In this document: positions 51,244 through 60,304 of the stretch, piece after piece
How positions within the stretch are numbered: the first letter of the stretch is position 1
Layout: every line of letters starts with the position of its first letter
Notes under the pieces: model-generated
What the model was told of the DNA's origin: nothing
The model's input: only the letters and a program-made list of their open reading frames with translations
Database searches by the model: none
Assembly (NCBI GenBank): GCA_964515075.1
Contig: CAZETE010000004.1
Location: forward strand, 3,353 to 67,352
Reading direction: 5' to 3'
Length of the DNA stretch: 64,000 bases
DNA from: an uncultured Actinomycetota bacterium
GTDB taxonomy: Bacteria; Actinomycetota; Geothermincolia; Geothermincolales; Geothermincolaceae
Program-made: the position numbers and the translations under genes

Positions 51244-52803
51244 TCAGGCGTCGGCCGGGTAGAAGAAGAGCCCCACGGTGCCGGGGCCGGTGTGCGAGCC
51301 GATGACCGGGCCGGTCTCGTTGACGAGGATGCTTCCGGCCTCGCAGCCGAACGCCTCGGCCACCAGCTCCTTCAGGGCCTGGCCGGCCCGCTCGTCGGAG
51401 ACGTGGGTGACGCCCAGCACCGGCCGGCGGCCGCCCAGGTCCTCCTTGGCCAGCTCGACGATGCGCGCCACCGCCTTCTGGGTGCCCCGGGCCTTCTCCT
51501 TGGCGTCGATGGTACCGTGGATGGTCAGGATGGGCTTGACCTTGAGCACGCCGCCCAGGAAGGCCTGCGCCCCCCCGATGCGCCCCCCCTTGCGCAGGTA
51601 CTCCAGGGTGTCCACGGCGAAGTAGACCTTCGACCCGTCGACGACGGCCCGGAGCCGCTCCACGACGGCGTCGAGGTCCGCGCCGTCCCGGATCATCCCG
51701 AGGGCCTCCTCGATGAGCATGTAGATGCCCATGGAGGTGGACATGGAGTCCACCACCTCGATGCGGGTGCCCGCCATCTCGGCGGCGGCGGAGCGCGCCG
51801 ACTCCATGGTGCCGCTGATCCCCCCGGAGATGTGGATGGAGAGGATCTGCTCGTACCTGCCGGCCATCTCCTTGTACGCCTCCGAGAACTCGCCCACGCT
51901 GGGCTGGGAGGTGGTGGGAAACCCGTCGAAGGCCTTGAGTTTTGAGAAGAACTCCTCGTGCGTGAGGTCGACTCCCTCGCAGAAGGACTCGTCCGCGAAG
52001 ATGACCTTCAGCGGGACCACCTTGATATCGCGCTCGCGCACGTAATCCTCGTCCAGGTACGCGGTGCTGTCGGTCACTATGCCAATTTTCCCCGCCAATT
52101 CGCACTCCCCTTTCCTTGGTCCTCGCCTCTCCTCCATCAGGGAACAGGCCGCGCGCGCGGCCATCTGTTCGGCCTCCTTCTTGCTGCGCCCCTCTCCCTG
52201 CCCCGCCTTCTCCCCTCCCAGCCACACCTCGGCGTGGAAGAGCTTAGCGTGGTCCGGGCCCTCGCCCCAGGCGCGGTAGGCGGGCAGCACGCCGCGGGCC
52301 TTGACGGACCACTCCTGCAGCCGGGTCTTGTAGTCGGAGCGCGGGCCCCGGCTCGCCGCCTCCCGCATGCGCTCCCCCAGGACCCTCTCCACCAGCCTGC
52401 CGGCCTCCTCCAGGCCCTTGTCCAGGTAGACCGCCCCGATGAGGGCCTCCAGGGCGTCGGCCAGGACTGATTCCTTGCCCCGGGCGCCGTCCGACTCCGC
52501 CGACGGGCTGAGCAGTATGTGCTCCCCCAGGCCCGCCTCGCCCGCCGCCCGCGCCAGGGCCGCGTCGCTGACCAGCCAGGCCCGGGCCTTGGTGAGGTCG
52601 CCTTCCGCGGCCTCCGGGTCGCTGCGGTAGAGGTAGTCGGTGACCACCATCCCGAGCACCGCGTCGCCGAGGAACTCCAGCCGCTCGAAGGAGCCGGCGG
52701 CCCCGCCTCCCTGCCAGTGGGCGCGCGAGCGGTGGGTCAGGGCCAGCTCCAGCAGCCCCTTGTCGCGGAAGTCCAGCCCCAGGGATGCCTCGAGGTCCCC
52801 CAT
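51244..52803 (-). CDS. rnc: ribonuclease III fused in-frame to a DegV/FakB fatty-acid-binding domain
   Basis: The first 234 aa form a complete RNase III (..ERLEFLGDAVLG.., dsRBD ..KKEAEQMAARAACSLMEE). With no stop codon, a complete DegV follows (..KIGIVTDSTAYLDEDYVRERDIKVVPL....VGLFFYPADA). The internal sequence GGGGAG-N6-TTG at about 52096 could also allow separate DegV initiation. Confidence 0.75.
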   Translation of the reverse strand: MGDLEASLGLDFRDKGLLELALTHRSRAHWQGGGAAGSFERLEFLGDAVLGMVVTDYLYRSDPEAAEGDLTKARAWLVSDAALARAAGEAGLGEHILLSPSAESDGARGKESVLADALEALIGAVYLDKGLEEAGRLVERVLGERMREAASRGPRSDYKTRLQEWSVKARGVLPAYRAWGEGPDHAKLFHAEVWLGGEKAGQGEGRSKKEAEQMAARAACSLMEERRGPRKGECELAGKIGIVTDSTAYLDEDYVRERDIKVVPLKVIFADESFCEGVDLTHEEFFSKLKAFDGFPTTSQPSVGEFSEAYKEMAGRYEQILSIHISGGISGTMESARSAAAEMAGTRIEVVDSMSTSMGIYMLIEEALGMIRDGADLDAVVERLRAVVDGSKVYFAVDTLEYLRKGGRIGGAQAFLGGVLKVKPILTIHGTIDAKEKARGTQKAVARIVELAKEDLGGRRPVLGVTHVSDERAGQALKELVAEAFGCEAGSILVNETGPVIGSHTGPGTVGLFFYPADA

Positions 52804-52807
52804 GCGC

Positions 52808-53818
52808 CTACCCCGTCCCGGCGAGCGCCTCGATGCGGCCCGGCAGCCCGCCGGCGGCCGCCTCCGCCGCCACCTTCAGGGCCCCGGCCACGGCCCTGGC
52901 GCGCGAGCTGCCGTGGCCGATGACGCAGACCCCCTTCACCCCCAGCAGCAGCGCCCCGCCCGCCTCCTCGTGGTCCAGCTCCGCCTTGACCCGGGCCAGG
53001 GCGGGCAGCACCGGCTCGAGCGCCTCCCGCTCCAGCCGGCCCAGGGCGGAGGCGAGGGCCCCGGTGATGAAGGCGGCGGTCCCCTCGATGGTCTTCACGG
53101 CCACGTTGCCGGTGAAGCCGTCGGTCACCACCACGTCCACCCCCTTCCCCGCCAGGTCCCGCCCTTCCACGTTCCCCGAGAAGCTCAGCCGCGGGTCCGC
53201 CTCGAGCAGCGCGTAGGCCGCCTTGGCCAGCTCGCTGCCCTTGCCCGCCTCGCTCCCGATGTTGAGCAGGCCCACCCGGGCGTCCTCCCGACCGGTGAGG
53301 ATGCGCCAGTAAGCCGCGCCCATCAGCGCGAACTGCTTAAGGTGCTCGGGCCGGCAGTCGGCGTTGGCCCCCGCGTCCAGCAGGACCTTGGGCGCGTCGG
53401 CCGGCGGCAGCAGCACCGCCACCGCCGGCCGCTTGATGCCCTTGATGCGCCCCCAGGAGAGCAGGGCGGCGGACATGGCCGCCCCGGTGTTGCCGGCGGA
53501 GACCAGCGCGCCGGCCCTCCCCTCGCGCACGCATTCCGCCCCCCGCACCAGCGAGGAGTCCGGGTGGGCCCTCACCGACCAGGCCCCCTCGTCGGCCATG
53601 CCCACGGCCTCGGAAGCCTCTATTATCTCGAAGGGCGCCGCTCCCAGCAGGGCCACCTGTTCCTCGATGGCCTCCCGCATCCCGCTGAGCACCACCTCCA
53701 GGCCCAGCTGCTCGCGGGCCAGGACGGCTCCCGCCACCGTTTCTGAGGGAGCGTGATCGCCGCCCATGGCGTCCAGGACCACCCGGATGCCGGCGACTGG
53801 TTCCCGCTTTGCAGCCAT
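52808..53818 (-). CDS. plsX: phosphate acyltransferase
   Basis: A 336 aa ORF (..IRVVLDAMGGDHAP.., ..GFTGNVAVKT..). Confidence 0.9.
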   Translation of the reverse strand: MAAKREPVAGIRVVLDAMGGDHAPSETVAGAVLAREQLGLEVVLSGMREAIEEQVALLGAAPFEIIEASEAVGMADEGAWSVRAHPDSSLVRGAECVREGRAGALVSAGNTGAAMSAALLSWGRIKGIKRPAVAVLLPPADAPKVLLDAGANADCRPEHLKQFALMGAAYWRILTGREDARVGLLNIGSEAGKGSELAKAAYALLEADPRLSFSGNVEGRDLAGKGVDVVVTDGFTGNVAVKTIEGTAAFITGALASALGRLEREALEPVLPALARVKAELDHEEAGGALLLGVKGVCVIGHGSSRARAVAGALKVAAEAAAGGLPGRIEALAGTG

Positions 53819-53828
53819 GGAAGGGGCG

Positions 53829-54008
53829 TTAGTCTACCTTGGCGACCTCTCTTCCCGCGTAATATCCGCAGGAAGGGCAGGCGTGGTGGGGCAGTTTGGG
53901 CGCGTGGCACTGGGGGCATGCGGACTTGGTGGGCACCCGGCCGGCCTTCCACACCGACTTGCGCGAGGCCGCTCGCGAGCGGGACTTCTTCCTCTTGGGC
54001 ACTGCCAT
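53829..54008 (-). CDS. rpmF: 50S ribosomal protein L32
   Basis: MAVPKRKKSRSRAASRKSVWKA... with the CxxC...CxxC zinc ribbon. The start is chosen inside a longer ORF. Confidence 0.85.
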   Translation of the reverse strand: MAVPKRKKSRSRAASRKSVWKAGRVPTKSACPQCHAPKLPHHACPSCGYYAGREVAKVD

Positions 54009-54054
54009 ATCTTGCCACTCCTCCAATAGAATTAAAACCAAAGTCTGAGTATAG

Positions 54055-54627
54055 TTACTCTTCACCCTCCCGGTCAAGCCACTGCCTCAGCTTCTCGAGG
54101 CGCGGGTCGGTCCGCTCCTCCCGGCAGCCGCACTCCCCCCGATTGAGGTCGGCCCCGCAGGAAGGGCACACGCCGCGGCAGTCGGGACGGCAGAGCCGCC
54201 GGATGGGCAGGGAGAGGATGACCTGGTCGTTGACCATCTCGTTCAGCTCCAGCTCCTCCCCCTCCAGCCGGTAACTCTCCTCCCGCGGCACCTCCGCCTC
54301 CTCCCGCCCTTCCGGGGAGAGGAGGGGCAGGGTGGTGCGGGTGAAGAACTCGTCGACCTCCGCGGAGAAGGGGAAGTCCACCGGCGCGGCGCAGCGCGTG
54401 CACTCAAGGGGCAGGGTGCCGGCGATGGTCCCGGTGACGCGGATGCCGCCCGGCGAGCTCTCCAGCAGCAGGTCGAGGTCGGCCGGGCTGCCGGCCGGCG
54501 ACTCGCGCAGGCCCTCCTCCCCCATCGCCAGCAGGAGCCTTACGCGCAGGCGCTCGCGGGCGTAGGTGTCGCGCAGCAGCCTCCCCACGCCTATCTTCAG
54601 TTCCTTGCTGTCCAGATGACCGCCCAT
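54055..54627 (-). CDS. yceD: YceD/DUF177 family protein (23S rRNA accumulation protein)
   Basis: C-terminal Cys cluster (CRPDCRGVCPSCGADLNRGECGC). It occupies the conserved position upstream of rpmF-plsX. Confidence 0.78.
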   Translation of the reverse strand: MGGHLDSKELKIGVGRLLRDTYARERLRVRLLLAMGEEGLRESPAGSPADLDLLLESSPGGIRVTGTIAGTLPLECTRCAAPVDFPFSAEVDEFFTRTTLPLLSPEGREEAEVPREESYRLEGEELELNEMVNDQVILSLPIRRLCRPDCRGVCPSCGADLNRGECGCREERTDPRLEKLRQWLDREGEE

Positions 54628-54659
54628 CCATCTAGGTTAACGGCGGCGGCGGCCCCTTT

Positions 54660-56201
54660 TCAAGTGCCCGGGGCCGCCCCTTCCTCCCGCGCGAAGGCCA
54701 GGTCCAGGGTCTTGCGGGAGGGCCCGCGGGTGAAGCGGGACACCAGCGGCAGCACCAGCAGGGGCGCCAGCATGGACACCGAGGCGGCGAAGGGCACCCA
54801 GGGGGATTTGAGGGTGAAGGCCACCCCCATCTTCCCGGACCACCAGGCGGAGAGGGCCACCGGCAGGACCACGGCGCAGGCCAGCCCCGAGAGCATGGCG
54901 GCCCAGGCCCCCGCGCGGGTGGCCTTCCTCCAGAAGAGGCCGTAGAGGTAGGGGGCCAGGAAGGCGCCGGCCACCGCCCCCCACGAGAGGGACATCATGT
55001 TGACGATGAAGGTCCATTCCTTGAGGGCCAGCAGCAGCGACAGGGCCACGAAGGCCGCGCAGAGCGCGCGCATCATCAGGGTGGCGCGCCGCGGGCCCAG
55101 CCTTTCGTCTCCCCCGGCCATGTCGATGGTGACGGCGGAGGAGGAGACCAGGACCAGCGAGGAGAGGGTGGACATGGAGGCGGAGAGGATGAGCATCATC
55201 ACGATGATGGTCAGGGCGGTGGGCAGGTAGTCCTGGATCACGACCGGCATCAGGTTGTCCAGCCCGCCCGGTATCTGCCTGACCTGCTCGGCGGTGAAGA
55301 TGGCGCGGGTCACGGCCCCGGAGAAATAGGCCGCGAAGGCGCAGATGAAGGAGAAGGCGGTGGCCACGACGGCGGCCTTGCGGATGTGTTCCTCCCCCTT
55401 GATGGAGTAGAACTTCTGCACCATCTGCGGCAGGCCCAGCGGCCCCACCGAGGTCAGCACCACCAGGCTGAGCAGGCCCAGCCACGGCGGCGGGGCGTGG
55501 GGGGGGTTGGGCACCGCGTTGGCGTTGACGGCGTCGATGACCTCGGGCAGCCCCCCCGGGCCCGGAGACCCCAGCAGCTCGCCGGCTTTCCCGGTGAGGA
55601 AGAGCACCAGCAGCGCCGCTCCCGCCACCATGATCACTCCCTGGACGAAGTCGGTGAGGGTCACCGCCACGTAACCGCCCAGCACCAGGTAGATGCCGGT
55701 AAGCACGGCCATGGCCACCAGGGCCTGGGTGTAGTCGATGCCCAGGACGTTGGTGAAGAGGTAGGAGAGGCCCTGGTAGATGCTGGCGGTGTAGGGTATC
55801 AGGAAGATGAAGATGATCCCGGCCGAGACCCACTTCAGCCACCTGCTCTCGTAGCGCGCGGCCAGAAACTCCGGCATGGTCAGGGCGTTGAGCCTCACGG
55901 TCATGCCGCGGGTGCGCCGGGCCAGCAGCACCCACGCGAGCAGGGTGCCGAGCAGGACGTTGCCGGCCACGATCCACAGGTCGTTGAAGCCGTACTGCCA
56001 GCCGAAGCGGCCCGCGTACCCCACGAAGAGGACGGCCGAGAAATAGGTGGTGCCGTAGGCGAAGGCCGATACCCAGGGGCCGATGGTGCGGGAGCCGAGG
56101 AAGAAGTCCCCGGCGCTGCGGGTGCGCCGGGCGCTCCATATGCCGATGCCGATGAGCACGAGGATGTAGGCGGCGACGAAGGAGGCCTTGACGGCGTTCA
56201 C
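54660..56201 (-). CDS. sodium:solute symporter (SSS) family transporter
   Basis: A 513 aa protein with about 13 transmembrane helices and SSS-family sequence features (..GRFGWQYGFNDLW..). Confidence 0.8.
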   Translation of the reverse strand: MNAVKASFVAAYILVLIGIGIWSARRTRSAGDFFLGSRTIGPWVSAFAYGTTYFSAVLFVGYAGRFGWQYGFNDLWIVAGNVLLGTLLAWVLLARRTRGMTVRLNALTMPEFLAARYESRWLKWVSAGIIFIFLIPYTASIYQGLSYLFTNVLGIDYTQALVAMAVLTGIYLVLGGYVAVTLTDFVQGVIMVAGAALLVLFLTGKAGELLGSPGPGGLPEVIDAVNANAVPNPPHAPPPWLGLLSLVVLTSVGPLGLPQMVQKFYSIKGEEHIRKAAVVATAFSFICAFAAYFSGAVTRAIFTAEQVRQIPGGLDNLMPVVIQDYLPTALTIIVMMLILSASMSTLSSLVLVSSSAVTIDMAGGDERLGPRRATLMMRALCAAFVALSLLLALKEWTFIVNMMSLSWGAVAGAFLAPYLYGLFWRKATRAGAWAAMLSGLACAVVLPVALSAWWSGKMGVAFTLKSPWVPFAASVSMLAPLLVLPLVSRFTRGPSRKTLDLAFAREEGAAPGT

Positions 56202-56374
56202 GGCGCTCTCCGATCTCTTAGTGCGGCTGTGCTGCGTTCGTCGAAAGAAGCGGTCCGATTATATCACGCGGGGAGGGGAAAGGCATTGAGGGGCGGCGGG
56301 AGGCGGGGCGGAAAGGGGCCGGGCCCCGAGGTCGCGGTCCTCGAGGCCCGGCCCCGCTCCGCGGGTCGGCCCGG

Positions 56375-56857
56375 TCAGCGCAGGTCCTCGAACTCCTCCC
56401 GGGCCTCTTCCTCGGGCTGGCCCTGCAGCCGCTCCCGGGCGCGCTTGATCACCTCGAGCAGCTTGAAGCAGGTGACCTCCAGGTTGGCCAGGCGCTCGTC
56501 GGCGTAGTCCTCGGCCTCCAGCCGTATCTCGCGCGACCGGGAGTTGGCCTCCTCCATGATGCGGTCGGCGTCGGCCGTGGCCTGCTTGATTATCTCCGTC
56601 TCCGCGACGAGGGCCTCGCGCTCGGCGCGCGCCTCTTCCTTGATGCGGTCGGCCTCCTTGTAGGACTCGTCGATGAGCTCCTGCTTCTCCTTGACCATCC
56701 AGCGGGCCTGCTTCAACTCCTCCGGAAGGGAGCTGCGGAGCTCGTCCAGGAGCTCGAAGAGCTCGGTCTCGTTGACCATCACCGAGGAGGAGAACGGGAC
56801 GTGCTTGCTGGAGACGATGAAGTCCTCAATCCGGTCAAGCCTCTCGAATACGTCCAT
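56375..56857 (-). CDS. hypothetical coiled-coil protein (ATP-synthase-b-like composition)
   Basis: A 160 aa acidic, helical protein. It is the gene immediately downstream of coaD, which is the same position some helical proteins occupy in Firmicutes. Confidence 0.4.
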   Translation of the reverse strand: MDVFERLDRIEDFIVSSKHVPFSSSVMVNETELFELLDELRSSLPEELKQARWMVKEKQELIDESYKEADRIKEEARAEREALVAETEIIKQATADADRIMEEANSRSREIRLEAEDYADERLANLEVTCFKLLEVIKRARERLQGQPEEEAREEFEDLR

Positions 56858-56860
56858 CCC

Positions 56861-57367
56861 TTACGCTCCTTTCCTCTTCCTTCCGTACTTCTCGTCGAAC
56901 AGCCTGATGAGGTCTCCCTCGATCTCCTCCGGCACCAGGCCGGCGATGCTGCCGCCGTAGACGCCCAGTTCCCGCACGGCGCTGGAGCTCAGGAAGGAAT
57001 ACTCGGTCGAGGCCATCACGAAGAAGGTCTCGATGTTTTCGTCCATGATGCTGTTGATCTGCGACATCTGGAACTCGTACTCGAAGTCGCTGATGGCCCG
57101 CAGGCCCTTGACGATGGCCGTGGCGCCCAGTTCCCGGGCCAGCGGCACGAGCAGCGAATCGAAGGACCTCACCTCCACGTTGGCGAGGCCTCCGGTGGTC
57201 TTCTCGAGCAGCCGCACCCGCTCCTCCAGGCTGAACATGGGCTGCTTGGCGGCGCTGGCCGCCACGGCGATGACGAACCTGTCGAAGAAGCGGCTGGCCC
57301 GGGCGATGACGTCCAGGTGCCCGCTGGTAACGGGGTCGAAGGTCCCCGGACAGACGGCCACTCTCAT
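56861..57367 (-). CDS. coaD: phosphopantetheine adenylyltransferase
   Basis: MRVAVCPGTFDPVTSGHLDVI... shows the T/HxGH nucleotidyltransferase motif. It overlaps the rsmD stop by 4 nt. Confidence 0.88.
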   Translation of the reverse strand: MRVAVCPGTFDPVTSGHLDVIARASRFFDRFVIAVAASAAKQPMFSLEERVRLLEKTTGGLANVEVRSFDSLLVPLARELGATAIVKGLRAISDFEYEFQMSQINSIMDENIETFFVMASTEYSFLSSSAVRELGVYGGSIAGLVPEEIEGDLIRLFDEKYGRKRKGA

Positions 57368-57954
57368 GTCGGCGATGTCGCTCCTCCTTCTCCTGCCTCC
57401 GGGCGCTCCCACCCGTAGAAACCGATCTCCGTGTCCCCGTATATCTTTCTCTTGTATAACTTGATGTCCTTCGCCAGCGGCACGGCCTCCCGCCGCGCCG
57501 GCCCCTCCAGCACCAGCGTGCCCTCCGGCCCGAGCAACCCCTTTCCCAGGATAGCTAAAACAATACCCTGTAAATATTTCGTTTCAATTCTATAAGGTGG
57601 GTCGGCAAAAATCAAATCGAATGCGCCCTCGAGGCCGCCGCGTACGGCCTGATGCGCCTCGCTCCGGATCACCCGGGCCTGCCCCGCCCGGCCCACCGTT
57701 CCCAGGTTCTCATGGACCAGGGCCACGGCCCGGGACGAGCTGTCGACGAAGACGGCCTCCCGCGCGCCCCGGCTCAGGGCCTCGATGCCCAGCGCTCCGG
57801 TGCCCGCGAAGAGGTCCAGCACCCGCGCCCCGCGGACCCGGCCGCCCAGGGCGGCGAAGACCGCCTCGCGCACCCGGTCGGGCGTGGGCCGGATGCCGCT
57901 GCCCTTGAAGGCCTTGAGGCGGCGCCCCGCGTCCTCTCCCCCTATCACTCTCAT
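57364..57954 (-). CDS. rsmD: 16S rRNA (guanine966-N2)-methyltransferase
   Basis: ..DLFAGTGALGIEALSRGA...FADPPY.. are the SAM-methyltransferase motifs. Confidence 0.85.
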   Translation of the reverse strand: MRVIGGEDAGRRLKAFKGSGIRPTPDRVREAVFAALGGRVRGARVLDLFAGTGALGIEALSRGAREAVFVDSSSRAVALVHENLGTVGRAGQARVIRSEAHQAVRGGLEGAFDLIFADPPYRIETKYLQGIVLAILGKGLLGPEGTLVLEGPARREAVPLAKDIKLYKRKIYGDTEIGFYGWERPEAGEGGATSPT

Positions 57955-57967
57955 GAGACGATTATAC

Positions 57968-58056
57968 GGGGTCAGGCCCTGACGATAATTGACAAAACGC
58001 CGATGCCCCTGCAGGCCGCAGCCCAGTTTTGTCAATTATCGTCAGGGCCTGACCCC
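57968..58056. repeat. perfect 31-bp-arm inverted repeat with 27-nt loop (GGGGTCAGGCCCTGACGATAATTGACAAAAC ... GTTTTGTCAATTATCGTCAGGGCCTGACCCC)
   Basis: I checked the two arms base by base. It lies in the recG-rsmD intergenic space on the transcribed (minus) strand side. Confidence 0.7.
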
Positions 58057-58150
58057 GGATTGGGTGGGCGGGGGGGTGGGTTGGGTGGGTGGGTAGGGGG
58101 ACGGGTGGGTGGGAGGGGAGGGTAGGTGGTTGGGTGGGGGGGGGCGAGAG
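58057..58150. repeat. GGGT/GGGTG-rich tract of ~95 nt with G-quadruplex potential
   Basis: ggattgggtgggcgggggggtgggttgggtgggtgggtagggggacgggtgggtgggaggggagggtaggtggttgggtggggggggg. It is C-rich on the recG-sense strand, immediately 3' of the recG stop. Confidence 0.55.
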
Positions 58151-58155
58151 GGTGG

Positions 58156-60276
58156 TCAGGCGTGGAAGAGCCAGTCCAGGTTGGCGGAGAAGCGGCGGCG
58201 CACCTCCCGCAGCAGCTGGCGGTGCTCCTCCGCCTCCAGCCGCGGGTCCTCCTCCACCAGCTGGAAGGCGTCCCTGCGCGCCCGCTGCAGCAGCGGGTAA
58301 TCCCGGCGCAGCTTGGCCAGGCGCAGGTCCGGGAGGCCCGACTGGCGCTCCGAGAAGAGGGAGCCCTCGCCGCGCAGCTCCAGGTCCACCTCGGCCAGCT
58401 TGAAGCCGTCGGAGATGTCCTGCATAGCCTCCATGCGCCGCTGCGCCTCCTCGTTCTCGGCCGCGGAGAGCAGCAGGCACCAGGACTTGTGGCTCCCCCG
58501 GCCCACCCGCCCGCGCAGCTGATGCAGCTGCGACAGGCCGAAGCGGTCGGCGTCCTCCACCACCATCACCGTGGCGTTGGGGATGTCGATGCCCACCTCT
58601 ATGACGGTGGTGGACACCAGCACGTCCGAGCGCCCCTCGCGGAAGTCCTGCATGGCCCGGTCCTTCTCGGCCTTCTTCATCTGCCCGTGCAGCAGGCCGA
58701 CGGTCCGCCCGGGGAACACCCCGCGCAGGTTGTCCGCCTCGCTCTGCGCGGCCCTGGCCTCCAGGCGCTCGGACTCCTCCACCAGCGGGCAGACCACGAA
58801 GACCTGCCGCCCCGCCCGCATCTCCCGCTCGGCCAGCTCGTAGGCCTCGGCCCTTTCGCGCGGGTGGAAGACCCGGGTGACGGTCTCCGCCCGCCCCGCC
58901 GGCAGCTCGTCCAGCACCGAGATCTCCAGGTCGCCGTAGAGGGTGAGGGAGAGGGTGCGCGGGATGGGGGTGGCGGTCATGATCAGGTAGTGGGGGTGCT
59001 TGCCCTTCTCCTTCAGCGACACCCGCTGGCGCACCCCGAAGCGGTGCTGTTCGTCGACGACGACCAGCCCCAGGGCCGCGAAATCCACGTCCCGCTGGAT
59101 GAGGGCGTGGGTGCCCACCAGGACGTCCACCTCTCCCGCGGCCGCCGCCTCGAGGGTGCGCCGGCGCTCCGCCTCGGGCGTGGACGAGGTGAGCAGGGCG
59201 ATGCGCAGGGAGGGCACGCCCTCCGCCATGCGCTCGAGCGTGGCGTGGTGCTGCTCCGCCAGCACCTCGGTGGGGGCCATGAAGGCCCCCTGCATCCCGT
59301 TCTCCACCGCAAGCAGCAGGGCCAGCAGGGCCACCAGGGTCTTGCCCGAACCCACCTCCCCCTGGAGCAGGCGGTTCATGGGATGGCTCTCGCCCATGTC
59401 CGCGGCGATCTCCGAGAAGGAACGCCGCTGCGCCCCGGTCAGGCGGAAGGGCAGGCCGGCGAGGAAGGCCTCGACCAACTCCCCGGGCGGCGCGTGGGGC
59501 ACGCTTACGCTCTCCTCCCGCACCCGCTTGCGCCGGATGGCCAGGCCGGCCTGGAGGATGAAGAGCTCCTCGTAGATCATGCGCCGCCTGGCCTCCTTCA
59601 GAGCCTTCAAGCCGCTGGGGAAGTGGATCTCGCGCAGGGCCGCGGAGTGGGAGGGCACGCGGTACCTCGCCGTCAGCCTCTCAGGCAGGGGGTCGGGAAG
59701 CTCCCCGTATTCGTCCAGGGCCTGCTTGACCAGGCGGCGCAGCAGGGAAGCGGGGACTTTCTGGCTGGCCGGGTGGAGCGGGATGACCCGCCCGGTGTTG
59801 AGCGTCTCCACCCCCACCTCCCCGGGGTCGTTGAGGACGTCGTAGGCCGGGTAGGTCATCTGGAGCTGGTTGTAGCGGTACTGCACCTTGCCGGAGAAGG
59901 CCACCTCCGTGCCCACCTTGAGCCGGTCGGCCTGCCAGGGCTGGTTGAACCAGACCCCGTAGAGGTAGGCGGTCCCGTCGTAGACCCCCACCTGCAGGAC
60001 GCTCTGCCGCTGCGCCGTCTTCCGCTCGTCCACCCTGCGCACCGTCCCCACCACGGTGACCTCCTCGCCGATGCGCACCTGGCGGATGGGGACGACCTGG
60101 CTGCGGTCGAGGTAGCGCCGGGGGAAGTGGTAGACCAGCCCCTCCACCGTCTCGATGCCCATGGAAGCGAGGTGGCGGCGGATGCCCGGGCCGACGCCCT
60201 TCACCGCGTCGGCGGGCCGCTCGAGGGCGAGGTAGTTCCTCTCCCGCAGCTCCCTCAGGTCCTCCGGATCGTCCAT
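58156..60276 (-). CDS. recG: ATP-dependent DNA helicase RecG
   Basis: A wedge domain plus SF2 helicase motifs (..GEVGSGKT.., DEQHRFG, ..QLRGRVGRG..). The start is MDDPEDL within a longer ORF. Confidence 0.92.
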   Translation of the reverse strand: MDDPEDLRELRERNYLALERPADAVKGVGPGIRRHLASMGIETVEGLVYHFPRRYLDRSQVVPIRQVRIGEEVTVVGTVRRVDERKTAQRQSVLQVGVYDGTAYLYGVWFNQPWQADRLKVGTEVAFSGKVQYRYNQLQMTYPAYDVLNDPGEVGVETLNTGRVIPLHPASQKVPASLLRRLVKQALDEYGELPDPLPERLTARYRVPSHSAALREIHFPSGLKALKEARRRMIYEELFILQAGLAIRRKRVREESVSVPHAPPGELVEAFLAGLPFRLTGAQRRSFSEIAADMGESHPMNRLLQGEVGSGKTLVALLALLLAVENGMQGAFMAPTEVLAEQHHATLERMAEGVPSLRIALLTSSTPEAERRRTLEAAAAGEVDVLVGTHALIQRDVDFAALGLVVVDEQHRFGVRQRVSLKEKGKHPHYLIMTATPIPRTLSLTLYGDLEISVLDELPAGRAETVTRVFHPRERAEAYELAEREMRAGRQVFVVCPLVEESERLEARAAQSEADNLRGVFPGRTVGLLHGQMKKAEKDRAMQDFREGRSDVLVSTTVIEVGIDIPNATVMVVEDADRFGLSQLHQLRGRVGRGSHKSWCLLLSAAENEEAQRRMEAMQDISDGFKLAEVDLELRGEGSLFSERQSGLPDLRLAKLRRDYPLLQRARRDAFQLVEEDPRLEAEEHRQLLREVRRRFSANLDWLFHA

Positions 60277-60304
60277 GCGCCCGCGCGAGCCGCCGCGCCT
60301 TCCC

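Noticed and set aside
57962-58480. 172-aa minus ORF rich in Pro/Thr/His (PPTQPPTLPSHPPVPLPTHPTHPP...)
   Set aside because: It is simply the translation of the GGGT-repeat tract and the palindrome. It overlaps the 3' end of recG in another frame.
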